Source: Sarea resinae (taxonomy: Eukaryota). From it: 64,000 nt of DNA. Below the pieces are notes generated by a model, which saw only the letters and a list, made by a program, of their open reading frames with translations, had not been told where the DNA came from and did no database searches. Of this stretch, positions 51,473 to 64,000 are shown piece by piece (within the stretch, counting starts at the first letter, position 1; every line of letters begins with the position of its first letter). Location of the stretch: NCBI GenBank assembly GCA_026026165.1, contig JAPEUD010000016.1, positions 310,001-374,000 of the forward strand, read 5' to 3'. The position numbers were made by a program, and so were the translations under genes.

Positions 51473-54400
51473 ATGTCGCCTGCAATTGAGGTGGCTGAGT
51501 CGCAATGGCTCTCGCAGCTGAATGACATGCGGGCAGCTCTCGCTGATCTCAAATTACCCTCGCAGAACGATTACGTCGAGGAATATGGACGAGACATCGA
51601 AGTAGATGAAGATACATCAGAAACTACAAGTGGCGATGACATCTGGGATCTCATCGATGAAGAGGAAGAAGATGAATATATATCAGATTCTTTGAACGGA
51701 GATGCCTGGTCTTGTGCGGATGATGGCTTAAAGGGCACTGACTATAGCCAACACTGGCTGAGTTCCCGGTGCACGGAAATATCCTTCCAGAGAATGGGAC
51801 TTGATGCACACGATCTGCAGCAACAAATTCTGGCCCTCCTGGCTTCAGATAGTAAGGGTACATCTGTCTTCGGGTCTTTCAAAGGGCCATTCTGACTTGG
51901 GTCTACAGATGAGGAGCTTCAGATGACTCTCGTGGAAATCATTGGCTTTGAAGATTTAGATTTTGTCATTGAACTCATTGGTCATAGGTCAGAAATCATT
52001 GAACGCTCTACGCAACAGCAAAAGGCAGATGGTAGCGTTTTGAGTCGGCTTCAGACGAAGCAGGAACGGGAAGAGGCTCTGCAACAGCAAGATTATGAAC
52101 ATAAGCACTCAGCACTTGCGCCTCACACGGATCGTGAAGGGCCGCGCTATCCTCATGTCTACAGAGCCCACAATGCCGGAAACACTCTTGATGCTAGTGG
52201 GCGAAAATATGGACTACCCTTCGGAAGCGAGAGGAAAGAATATGAGGTGAGTATCTGGTTCTCTGTTTAGCTTGTCTAGAGTTTAATAATTGTAGAAATA
52301 CGACGAGTATTCGATCCCCGCTGCCAAAGTTGGTACGCTCGGCAGAGGACGAAAGCTGGTCGAGATTTCAGAGATGGATGCATTATGCAGAGGCACTTTC
52401 AGAGGCTACAAGACTCTGAACCGCATGCAAAGCCTTGTCTATCCTGTTGCTTATAGAACAAATGAAAACATGCTGATCTGCGCGCCCACTGGAGCTGTAA
52501 GATCATCTCTTTCCTTGAGTTTCAGCGCTGTCGACGTGCCCTCAGGGAACGATCACTTATTGTCATTCATAGGGTAAAACCGATGCGGCCATGTTGACTA
52601 TCCTGAATGCCATCGCCAAGAATACTGTACCAAGCCCCCTGGAGACGTCAGAAGCAACCGATTTTACTGTATCAACTGAGGACTTCAAAGTCGTCTATGT
52701 GGCTCCCATGAAAGCGCTTGCTGCCGAAATCACCGAAAAACTTGGAAAGCGTTTGGCTTGGCTGGGGGTCCAAGTTCGTGAGCTTACAGGGGATATGCAC
52801 TTGACGAAGTCGGAAATAGTGCAGACCCAGATCATTGTGACGACACCAGAGAAATGGGATGTCGTAACCCGGAAGAGCACCGGTGACACTGAGCTTGTTC
52901 AGAAGGTTCGCCTTCTCATCATCGATGAGGTTCATATGTTGCATGATGAGCGAGGAGCAGTGATTGAATCTCTCGTTGCGCGTACTGAACGACAGGTTGA
53001 GAGCACTCAGTCTTTAATCCGCATTGTTGGACTGTCTGCTACATTGCCGAACTACGTTGACGTTGCCGCTTTTCTCAAAGTCAATCTCATGGCCGGTCTT
53101 TTTTACTTTGATGCATCCTTCCGACCAGTTCCACTGGAGCAGCATTTCATCGGTGTCAAGGGCAAGTCCGGCTCTAAGACTTCGAAAGAAAACCTGGAGA
53201 ACACGGCTTTTGAGAAAGTCAAGGACATGCTTGAGCTCGGTCATCAAGTTATGGTCTTCGTACATTCTCGAAAGGATACAGTCAACACCGCAAGAAATCT
53301 ATACCAAATGGCTATCGATCAGCAGTGCGCAGATCTGTTCGACCCAAGTGAGCATCCAAGGTATGAATCAGCTGTAAAGGACATGAGAATGTCCAAAGGG
53401 CGAGAACTGCGAGAACTACTGCCAAAAGGCATTGGCACCCATCATGCTGGCATGGCGAGATCAGATCGTAACCTCATAGAGCGTCTGTTTGCCGAGGGCG
53501 TGCTCAAGGTGCTCTGCTGCACAGCAACACTTGCATGGGGAGTCAACCTACCAGCGGCCGCTGTCATTATCAAGGGGACTCAGCTGTACAGTGCACAAGA
53601 GGGCAAGTTCGTCGACCTCGGCATTCTGGATGTTTTGCAGATTTTTGGCCGTGCGGGCCGGCCTCAGTTTCAGGACACCGGTATTGGCTTCATATGTACC
53701 ACGCATGACAAGGTTAATCATTATCTCGCCGCCGTAACCCAACAGCTCCCGATAGAGTCAAGGTTCTCGGCAAAGCTCGTCGATAATCTCAATGCAGAGG
53801 TATCTCTGGGCACGGTCACTTCTGTAGCTGAGGCTGTTCAGTGGGTGGGCTATTCTTACCTCTTCGTTCGCATGCGAAAGAATCCAATGGCATATGGTAT
53901 CTCCTGGGCCGAAATCCGCGATGATCCACAGCTTGTTCAAAAGCGACGAGATCTTATAATCAAAGCAGCACGGGTCCTACAGAAAAGCCAAATGATCATT
54001 TTCAACGAAACAACGGAAGACCTCAAGGCCAAAGATGTTGGTCGAATCGCCAGCCAGTACTATGTTCTCCAGACCAGTATAGAGATTTTCAATACTATGA
54101 TGCGACCTCGAGCTACCGAAGCGGATGTATTGAAGATGATCAGCATGAGTGGGGAATTTGACAACATTCAGTCTCGAGACAGCGAGTCCAAGGAGCTTTC
54201 GCGACTCAAAGAGGAGCACGTGAAATGCCAAGTTGAGGGCGGCATTGATCAAGCGCATGCAAAGACAAATATTCTATTGCAATCCTACATATCGCGAGCA
54301 CGTCTTGATGATTTTGCTCTAGTTTCGGACTCGAACTATGTTGCTCAAAATGCTGCACGAATATGTCGCGCATTATTCATGATTGCACTGAATAGGAAAT

Positions 54401-57400
54401 GGGGCTATCAGTGTCTGGTCCTGCTGTCGTTGTGCAAGTCCATCGAAAAGCAGATCTGGCCTTTCGAGCATCCTTTCCACCAGTTCGACCTTCCCCAGCC
54501 GGTATTACGAAACCTTGACGAGAAAGATTCCGTATCTTCTATTGAGGCTCTAAGGGACATGGATCCTGCGGAGATTGGTCAAGTGGTTCACAACAATCGC
54601 ATGGGCCACCTAATTTCAAAGCTACTGAATAATTTCCCTACTCTCAGCGTAGACACCGAGATTGCCCCCTTGAATCGGGACGTGTTGCGTGTTCGGCTTT
54701 ATATCACTCCAGACTTCCAGTGGAACGATCGACACCATGGAACATCGGAGTCCTATTGGATTTGGGTTGAAAATTCGGAGACCTCAGAGATTTATCATCA
54801 TGAGTACTTCCTTCTCAGTAGGAAGAAGCTATATGATGAACACGAACTGAATTTCACGATTCCACTCTCGGATCCATTACCTTCGCAGATATATGTTCGA
54901 GCTGTGTCCGATAGATGGCTCGGAGCTGAAACAGTCTCTCCCGTATCGTTTCAGCATCTGATCCGACCTGACACTGAGAGCGTCTACACTGATCTTCTGA
55001 ATCTCCAGCCCTTGCCCGTCTCCTCTCTTCAGAATACAATTCTCGAACAGGTTTACGGTCAACGATTTCAATATTTCAATCCTATGCAGACACAGATCTT
55101 CCATACTCTCTACCATACAGCTGCTAACGTGCTTCTGGGCTCACCAACAGGAAGTGGAAAAACGGTGGCGGCTGAGTTGGCTATGTGGTGGGCCTTTCGG
55201 GAGAAGCCCGGTTCTAAAGTCGTGTATATCGCTCCGATGAAAGCCCTCGTGCGCGAACGTGTCGAAGACTGGCGACGGCGTTTGACACAGCCAATGGGCC
55301 TGAAGCTTGTCGAACTGACTGGTGACAATACTCCGGATACTCGAACCATCCGAAATGCTGATATCATTATCACCACGCCCGAGAAGTGGGACGGTATCAG
55401 TCGTAGCTGGCAGACGAGAGGCTATGTCCGTCAAGTCAGCCTTGTCATCATTGACGAGATTCACCTGCTCGGTGGCGATAGAGGTCCTATCCTGGAGATC
55501 ATCGTGTCGAGGATGAATTACATTGCGTCCCAGAAGAAAGGTTCCGTACGAATTGTGGGCATGTCTACTGCCTGCGCTAATGCCATGGACCTTGGAAATT
55601 GGCTAGGAGTGAAAGAAGGTCTGTTCAACTTTCGCCATTCTGTAAGACCTGTGCCCTTGGAAATCTTTATCGACGGTTTTCCCGAGCAGCGTGGATTTAG
55701 CCCTCTGATGCAAAGCATGAATCGCCCGACCTTCTTGGCTATTAAAGCTCATTCGCCCGACAAGCCTGTGATTGTCTTTGTCGCCTCTCGGCGACAGACA
55801 CGTCTTACGGCGAGAGATCTAATCAATTTCTGTGGAATGGAAGATAACCCCCGGCGTTTCCTCAAAATGCCAGAAGACGATCTCCAGCTCAATCTCGCCC
55901 GCGTCAAGGATGAAGCTCTGAAGGAATCTTTAAGTTTCGGCATCGGTCTTCACCATGCTGGCTTGGTTGAATCTGACAGATTGTTGGCCGAAGAGCTCTT
56001 CGCGAACAATAAGATCCAAATCCTTGTCGCAACGAGCACATTGGCATGGGGTGTCAATCTACCAGCTCATCTAGTAATCGTCAAAGGTACTCAGTTCTTC
56101 GATGCCAAACTCGAAGGGTACAAGGATATGGATCTTACGGACGTACTCCAGATGCTGGGCCGAGCCGGGCGTCCACAATTTGACTCATCCGGCATAGCCA
56201 GAATCTTCACACAAGATGCCAAGAAGGCTTTCTATAAGCACTTTTTGCATACTGGATTTCCAGTGGAGTCTTCCTTGCACAAATTTCTTGACAATCATTT
56301 GGGTGCAGAGGTTTCGGCTGGAACAATCAACACCAAGCAAGATGCCTTGGATTATTTGACGTGGACGTTCTTCTTCCGTCGACTCCACAAGAATCCGTCA
56401 TATTATGGTCTAGAGATCTCGGCAGAAGAGCATAACACCATTGCAGCTCAAGATTTAGCTAATGACTTCATGATTGAACTTGTGGACAAATCTCTCAACG
56501 ACCTTGCAGAATCTGGCTGCATCCAGGTTCACTCTAACGGCGACGTTGACTCGACACCACATGGCAAGATCATGAGCTACTACTATCTCTCACATAAGAC
56601 GATCTCCCACCTACTTCGCCACGCTAAACGAAATGCTTCTTTTGGAGACGTTCTCTCGTGGGTTTGTTCTGCGACTGAGTTTGACGATCTGCCTGTTCGG
56701 CATAATGAGGATCTTATCAATGCTGAGCTCTCCAAGAATCTTCCACTGGAGGCAGAATTCTTTGGTTTGCCTATGTGGGATCCTCATGTAAAGGCCTTCT
56801 TGCTATTACAAGCGTTCATGTCCCGCATCGATCTTCCAATATCGGACTACGTCGGCGACCAGAATTCTGTGCTCGACCAAAGCATTCGTATAATTCAGGC
56901 TTCGATTGACGTCTTGACAGAATTGGGTCATCTTTCGAGCTGCCTAATGATGATCAATCTTCTACAGTGCATCAAATGCGCTCGCTGGCCTGACGATGGA
57001 CCCTTGACCATTCTGCCAGGCGTAGAAGTGGAAAGAGAACAGCTACGACTCGCGAAGTCGCAAGCTTCACCAAAGGGTCTGCTTGACATTGCCGGGACTG
57101 AGGCAAGAAGCCTCGACACGATTTGCAAACAGCTCGAGATCCCATCCGCCTTAAGGGGCCAATTTATCCGTGCGGCCAATATATTACCGCGTCTGAGGTT
57201 GAATATCATCAACGTCACAGCTCTGAGCATGACGGTTGGCATAGCTCGTCTCAACCCAGTCACGCAAGCGGGACATCGGATATGGGCTCCCAAATTCCCG
57301 AAACCGCAGTCGGAGGGCTTCTTCATCGTCGTGGCTGATTCGGCTAAGGATGAGATCATAGCACTAAAGAGAGCAAACTGGCCGCCTGAGGAGAAAATGA

Positions 57401-57579
57401 GGAATGGCTCGAGCGCTCGACCGACATCAAGGAGTGTAATCAAGTTGCCCGAGAGTAATGTGGAAAGGAAGCTGGATGTTTTGGTTGTGAGTGATGGTTA
57501 TCTGAAGATGGTGTGGAAGGTTGAAAATGTAGATGTCCCGTCGCCACCTACGGTTTCGGACGACGGCGATAAGAAATGA
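51473..57579 (+). CDS. SLH1: Ski2-like dual-cassette helicase Slh1/Rqt2 (ASCC3 ortholog); 4 exons
   Basis: Two helicase cassettes (APTGA|GKT...DEVH and SPTGSGKT...DEIH), each followed by a Sec63-like region. I assign Slh1 rather than Brr2 because the second cassette keeps DEIH and the N-terminus is not Brr2-like. Confidence 0.9.
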
Positions 57580-57880
57580 TTTATCTGGCGGCAGGCTTGG
57601 AAGTATCTCGTCATAGCCTTGCAGAGGCTTCAAGACGTATTGTAAATATTAGAATACGTGAATAGGTTATAGAAAAAAGACGACAGGAACGTGAGCATAT
57701 ACTACCAGAGTATCTTTAAAGCTTGCACGCCCCTCTAAACACTTGCTCAACTAGCCGCACTCCGACCAATGATGCCTGCAAAACCCAAACTTTGTAATAG
57801 TACGCTTCCAGCAAACGCCACCAAAAAATATGATGTTCCAAGAATTTAACCGCCATAAGCGCCAAGAACCGTTCCTCCTT

Positions 57881-59834
57881 CTATAACGTTCCTTCAATAT
57901 CCACCGTCTGAGACTTACGTGACCAGCCTCTCTCAAGCTCGACCACGACAGGGGTCAATGGTTTTCGGTCGACCAGCCGCTCCGATTTGGGTACAACGGG
58001 CAACAAAAGCTGACGCCGTGATACGGATATCTGCCGCGCAATCGAGACTTCGGCCGACTTGATGAGTGCTTCAGCTATTTTGGAGCCAGTCGTCAATAAG
58101 CAGTGCTTACGGGATTAGACAGTGAAATAAGTAAGTCGCTCACCTTCTTCGCTTGCGTTACATGGGGAACGTGGCAGCGCTTTATTTTGGTCTGCTGGCG
58201 GACTGCTTTTTCCGGTCGGCCTTGATAAAGCCGTTGGATGCAGAGCTAGAGGTCCGGGCACAGGCGAGGAGACTGCATGGCCAGCCTTTGGATTGCCGAT
58301 GTTCTCATGTAATGCCTCCTCGCGATCTCGTTTAATAGGCTTTTCCTTACCAGGCTCCTTCAAATTAGGAATTTTGGCCTTCGCGGTAGCGGACTGTCCT
58401 TTCTTGGGTCTAGGAACGTGGTGACTCGATGCTTGCTGAGATCGTGTACGTCCTCCCTGGGGCCTTGAGGACGTTGAAGGGGAAACTGAGTGATGTTTCG
58501 TGTTTGTCTTGGATTTTTCATGCTTCTGATTCAAGGAATGAACCTCAGGTGCAGTCAAGGATCTCGGGCGCGAATTGGGCCGTTCCGGCAAAGGAGTCAC
58601 TGCTCTCTCTTCTTTTGTAGCAGAGGGGAAAAGTGAGAGAGAAGGCGATTGTAGGTACGAAGGTGAAGTAGCCCGCCGTTGTGGCTTTACAATGCTTATC
58701 TCTTCCGTCTGCGGGGGCGAAAGCATGAGCGAGCTAGATTGGGAAGTCTAATAGAGAAGGGAGCAGTCTCACCTGCTCTTCGGCACCATTTACTGAATTT
58801 AGCTTGCCCAGCGTGGCCTGCCTTCTTGCCAATAGTGAAGACGACGATCGATTAGATGCGATCAGGCTCCCAAACATGACACTGTATCGTTCCATTTGCA
58901 CGTTGGGAATATCCACGTTCAGCATCGGTCCGGCTTCGAGCCGAAGTTTTGGGGTAGGCTTGGTTACCTTCGTAGATTTTGGGGGCGGCGGCGGTGGCGG
59001 AGGCAGTGATAGCGGGTTGACCTCCGACCGTTTCAGTGGCGCAGAATAAGCTCTCTTAAAATCCGGCTTAGTCCATTCCCTTCTGTCATCCTCTTTGACG
59101 GTCCGGCTTCGCTCGACAGCTGCACGTTTGCCGTCTCTAGCCACGGCAGAATTGTGGCGTTGAGGAACTTTAATGTCTGCATCCGTGGAGCGCGATTCAG
59201 TAGATGCTGGACGGGATACTTGCAACTGGTAGAAGGGGTCTTGTGATGGCGAGCCTTGGACTTTTCTCCCGAAAATACTATGAAGCATTTTCCATTTACC
59301 GGTCTTTTGGCGAGAAAGTTCATGATCGTTTCTTTGTGGGGCGGGGTCGTGTGTAAGATCGGAATTGGGACTGGTAGCTGTTGACCGTGAATCATTTGAG
59401 CCAGTCCCCTGGAGCTGACGAGGTGGATGAGGTGCCCATCCATATCTTTGGCTAGGACTGCCCAGTGCCCTGCCAATGCCTAGTTCCTCTGGAGACAACG
59501 GATGCATTACTTCCCATGATGCTGGCGCTTGGAAGTCATTTGGGTGCTGTCGCGCGGCTGCTACCGTAGAGGTGGTAGTCTGAATGTCCAATCTCTGCTC
59601 GGCATCAGACAAGCCATTTGCTGTCTTTTGACGCTCAAAGACTGCAGGTGATCTATGTGCTGTTCGCCTCAGAGCTTCCGGGTTTGTCCATGCAATATCC
59701 AGAGCGCGAAGATCGTTTCGTGGTTCAGCATCTGTTGCGACGAGGATTGGATTTGATATGAGATCCTCTTTCAGAGGGTTTGCATTCTTGGATTGAGATC
59801 GGAGAGATTTTGACCGCGTCAATCTCCTCGCCAT
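57881..59834 (-). CDS. Hypothetical, largely disordered Ser/Pro-rich protein; about 3 exons
   Basis: Three consecutive minus-strand ORFs separated by intron-like gaps; ordered-looking blocks LNVDIPNVQMERYSVMFGSL...SLLARRQ and EVSIARQISVSRRQ. Exon joins were not fully verified. Confidence 0.65.
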
Positions 59835-61035
59835 ACTATCTGGTCGAGGCCAGAAGCTCTTATTGATAGATGATGATTGCGCTATCTGAGAAAAGAAAAC
59901 TCGCGCTGGAGTGTGTTAAATTGGTCGCAGACCTGAGTACCTGACTTAGAAAAAAGGCTCTGCCAGGAACGTTCAAGAAGAGAAATGCAAAAGCGGGATG
60001 GGTCGCACAAATGAGAAAGAAGGGAGAATAAAGAGACGCAGAGAACGAAATCAGATTCCTTCTATTATCAGGCTACTCTAGGAGAATACGCCTTCTGCCA
60101 TGGCGGGTTGTTAGAGGTAGATTGTCAGGCTGATAGGCGGCATCATGCCGTGAGCTGTGCCGGGCAGGAGTTACAGGGGGGGCTTATTTCAGGCATGAGC
60201 TCCCTTCGCTCAACTGCTGCAGGGCCAATTGATCCTGTTTCTAGTCTTATTCTCTTCATATTCTTTCCAAGGTTTATCGATGGTGGAACAGCGGCCGTTT
60301 ACTGTGATGCAAAGCCAAAACGTGCCATCCTAGTTGATCTTGAAACGAAAGGGCGAGAGCGTGAGCTGCTCCCCTCAGACCCTGCGAAGAAATACGACAC
60401 CAGCAAGTTATAAGACAGCGGGACAAACTGATACCCGTGACCTTTCCTAATTAGCAATGAATCTTCTCACGATCAGCCTAGACCGGCTAAGTCCCGATTC
60501 CTACCACGAGAAGACAATGATACATCCTATACGCAAATCCTCCACGATGCGTTGCAGCAGTAATCGATTGATTTGAGCGCGGATTCGAAGGCTGTACCCT
60601 GTGGCACAGACAAGCATCCGATCGCGATCCTCTAACATTTCCGCTGGCGTTATCTTTAGCTCATCACATCACTAACAATGTTGTTCATAACAACTTTATG
60701 GAAACCCTCGTTCTAAAGGGCCAGCTAAGTCTGCAAAGGGGGATGAAATGCTGCTGATTCTAACCGATCTGTACTCCGATACGCGCGCAAACCTCCGGGG
60801 GTCGATTGGATCCGGGCTACGTGTCGACGGGAATCTTGATCTCGCCAAATGCACGCCATCTACTCTATCATGTACGGTCCGACGGTTCCTGATATAAGTC
60901 TGAGAGCACATCGAAGTTCGGTCCATCCCAGAGTGAATCCCGAACACTTAGATAGACGAGGATTTGCTTTCGACCTGATCAGAAGATGCATCCATCGATG
61001 AGCACAACTCGACCGCCCGCGCATCTGATGATAGA

Positions 61036-61357
61036 GTACGGAGTACAACGCAGAGTTGAAAGCCCTGCGAGATGTAAGGTAGGCGAGGTACGAAGTACTT
61101 CGTACAAAGTCTTTCCTCATGCTTCGGGCATGCAGTAGTAGAGTCAGGTGTGGGCTTCAACCAGCTAGAGGGGAGAATGGATACAGTTGCGGGAGTCCCG
61201 GGACTACGCAGTACAGCAGTACGCATTATTCTTGGGCGGTCGCTCTATTCTACCATGAATCGGTCGTCAAGAGACCACCACTGCTCCACTGGCAAGAACG
61301 GTGACGGCGCGCTAGCCTCCAATGCTGGAAGGGCGGTGTCTGGTATGTACTTCGTAC
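61036..61357. promoter_or_regulatory. GTAC-N3-GTAC element cluster including the 18-bp palindrome GTACGAAGTACTTCGTAC (61088-61105)
   Basis: Read directly; lies in the divergent region between the hypothetical gene and profilin. Confidence 0.5.
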
Positions 61358-62192
61358 ACTCTACAGAGTGCAGGTATGATATGATTGCGTGATGGCACCC
61401 AACCTTCACCAAAATACTCTCCGCATTATGAGGCTGGAAAATGATAACAACGTTGACATTGACAAATGGAAAGAACATATATTGTCGGGGTTCTGTGATA
61501 CTGATGTATCTATAGAATAAGGTACTATCTATACGATCAAGTGTAGGTAAGGTAGTTGGGGTCAGGTAAAAAGGCTGCAAGACGTCCATGCCCAGTAATA
61601 CATACGGTACCTGCTAGTACCTACCTACCCAGCTCAGGTTGCCCCTAGGTGATAGGTAACGTAAGGTATTCATGACGTCTCAGTCTGGCGACTCACAGAC
61701 TTACAAGCTTGACGGCAGCCATGGATGGCTAAGGTCCGTATTGACGAAGATAATGATACTGACTCCGGTAGCTTTACTAAGAGTAAGGACGATACCAAGT
61801 AAACTATTACCTGGACGGACTGCTTTGCCTGGCTTCTTCTGTACCGTAGGCCCGCTAAAACGTGGTTGTAGAGACTAATGGTGGTCTTCCTTTTGGTGTT
61901 GTTTTTGGCGGGGTCACAGTTTACAATACGACCTCCTGTACACACACCCCACCTGTACTGCACCACTCGGCACTCTCTCTCTCTCTACGTACTACCACTA
62001 CCAAGTCAATCTTGCTCGTTGCGGGCCAAAGCCTTTTCGTGCCCTCTAAGCTGATCCTCTCCAATATTTTATTCACATACTTCCCTTCGCACTACTCTAT
62101 CTAGCTCTACCCTTCATATCCCGTTCCTACCTTGACCGCGGCACTTCCTCAAATCGCATTCTCAGAAACCCTAATACGATATCATTCGGGCC

Positions 62193-62915
62193 ATGTCGTG
62201 GCAAGGTAAGTACTCGGCCTCAAGCTTCCATTACCCATCCTCCTTATCCGCTAACTCTTATGGTCTCATAGCATATATCGATCAGAGGTATGATCGCGCA
62301 CAGTTACGTTCTAGCTTTCTTTTATCAGCCTGACGTTTCTCAATAGCCTCGTTGGCACCGGCAACGTCGACAAAGCCGCCATCTATGACTCGACCGGCAA
62401 AAGCGTATGGGCTACTTCCTCCAACTTCTCCGTATGTATACTCTGTCTTTGCACTTTGTTATGCTTCTCCACCCACCTGGAGACTAGGAGAGCATTTCCT
62501 CTGCTGCCTTTTCGATATTTTATTGAAGGTATGATGAGGCTAGTGAAGGATGCTAATGTGAGGCCAGATTTCACCAGCCGAGATGGATGAGGTGGTCAGC
62601 GCATTCAAGGACAAGGGAGATGAAAATGGAATAAAACAGGTTCAGAGCACTGGTTTGCATGTTGCCGGGGAGAAGTATATCGTCCTTCTGGCAGAAGAGG
62701 ACAAGCGTATAATTGGCAAAAAGGTAATCTTTCTGGCAATCTGTTATGCCCATCTTAGTCCAGGTTCTAATTCCTTCCAGGGCAAGGAGGGTGTCGTTAT
62801 TGTCAAGACGACACAAACCATCATCATCACGCATTATCCCGAGACCGTACAGCCTGGCGCCGCTACCAACACCGTCGAGCAGCTGGGCGAATACTTGGTC
62901 AGCGTGGGCTATTAG
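62193..62915 (+). CDS. PFY1: Profilin; 5 exons
   Basis: MSWQ|AYIDQ|SLVGTGNVDKAAIYDSTGKSVWATS...GLHVAGEKY...GKEGVVIVKTTQTIIITHY...VEQLGEYLVSVGY*. Confidence 0.95.
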
Positions 62916-63265
62916 ACGCCCGGTCCATTTCCTTTCATAAGCCTTTGAATACTGTTCCATGATCCTGTACCCTACGAGAGCGGATCTCAACGAATAGAGG
63001 CGAAGTAATCGCAATCAAACAAGAGTCTTTCAAATATTTTCATTTCCCTTGAATCCTGCGGAATTATCGGAGCCCAATCGACTCTGAGCAAGCCTTGCTA
63101 TGAAGGCTCTCATCCGATGATAAGATGTTGTTATTACTAGAAGCCAATGCCCGCTGTCGCTTGCCGCAGCTGAGCTGCATGCCTCCTAGACTAAGAGCAC
63201 TGATGTCTTAAATCTTCGCAACAGTCATGGTTGATTTCCTTGCCTTGTAGAATTTATATGACCTT

Positions 63266-63944
63266 TCAGACCGGCAGTTCCGCATTCCTCCTGCCTCCCC
63301 CTAATCTGTTGAGTAGCTCTGCAATGTAAGGCCCGACGACTGGTACGTTGCCTGCGAACCCCGCGATTGTTGCGAAGAAGTCGCCAAATAGAATGAAAAT
63401 TCCGTATGATTCTACGAGAAAACCCAGAAAAGGCCAACGAAAGAGGATCAATAGAATCCCCCCACTGAATGCGGCTGTACCCTTGAGCTTCTGGCGCCGC
63501 GCGAAGAAAATGGCAGTCTTTTGTGGTCCAATTATGAGTGTAAGGCCGAGGATGAAGAGAATCTAGTATTTTGATTGAGGCGTTAGGAGAGGTTGGATTC
63601 GGGGACCTTGGGAGTGATTCACGTTTCCCATCGCAAGCCTGATCATCTGCGTTAGTAGAGCGCATTTGTATGTAAGAGGTCACAGCTTCTCACATTGCTC
63701 TATCAAAGAACATCATCATGCCTCCAATTAAGAAAAGGCCTCCTTTGCTTGAGAATCAGGTACTCTGTATTTTGCCTATGTCATGATGGTGGATATACCT
63801 ACCGCCGCAACAGAAGCCTACCCCGATCTCTAATCAACGCAATCAGTCTTCGATGATCTCGATGAAATGCAGTATCAGTTATCATGGGAGCTTGATCTCC
63901 CAGTGTGACTTACTTTGGGAATCTGAAAGCCACATAGTGGGCAT
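63266..63944 (-). CDS. GOT1: Got1 Golgi/ER vesicle transport membrane protein; 5 exons
   Basis: MPTMWLSDSQK|IGVGFCCG|GGLFLIGGMMMFFDRAM|LAMGN|ILFILGLTLIIGPQKT...GFLVESYGIFILFGDF; all introns restore the frame. Confidence 0.93.
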
Positions 63945-64000
63945 GTCGCCGAGTCGTGCGCACAGAGCCCAGCTCAGGATGGGTTCCGTGAAAAGATTGG

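Noticed and set aside
61535..61546. GATCAAGTGTAG matching the U2 snRNA branch-recognition region
   Set aside because: Flanks do not continue the U2 sequence; a chance 12-mer.
25423..63944. Apparent concentration of ER/Golgi/nuclear-envelope genes (IMH1, LNP1, BRR6, IST2, Rab, YKT6, GOT1) and DNA-damage genes (ATL1, SLH1/ASCC3)
   Set aside because: Interspersed with unrelated genes; these categories are common, so there is no evidence for a functional cluster.

Overview
Gene-dense, intron-containing eukaryotic DNA from a filamentous ascomycete (Pezizomycotina-type GT..CTRAY..YAG introns). I can support about 23 protein-coding genes, mostly housekeeping: ABCC/YOR1-like transporter, NC2-beta, SDR, FAD/DAO oxidoreductase, aromatic amino-acid decarboxylase, Nse1, SRPK, GRIP golgin, Lunapark, Brr6/Brl1, AIM9-like kinase, Atl1, Bud13, TMEM16/Ist2, a metallophosphoesterase, Rab24-like GTPase, flavocytochrome b2, Ykt6, Slh1/ASCC3, profilin, Got1 and two hypothetical proteins. 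The ORF track misses the most interesting parts. (1) An apparently non-coding spliced host gene at about 7.8-8.85 kb has three introns, each holding a box C/D snoRNA with rRNA-antisense guides. (2) Two intron-containing tRNA-Asn(GTT) genes form a tail-to-tail inverted pair. (3) A GTAC-N3-GTAC element (GTACGAAGTAC and its reverse complement) recurs in upstream intergenic regions far above chance. (4) The flavocytochrome b2 has no mitochondrial presequence and ends in the peroxisomal signal SKL. I saw no transposon, CRISPR array or secondary-metabolite backbone gene. Gene identities, exon boundaries and rRNA targets come from manual reading and recalled motifs, not database searches.
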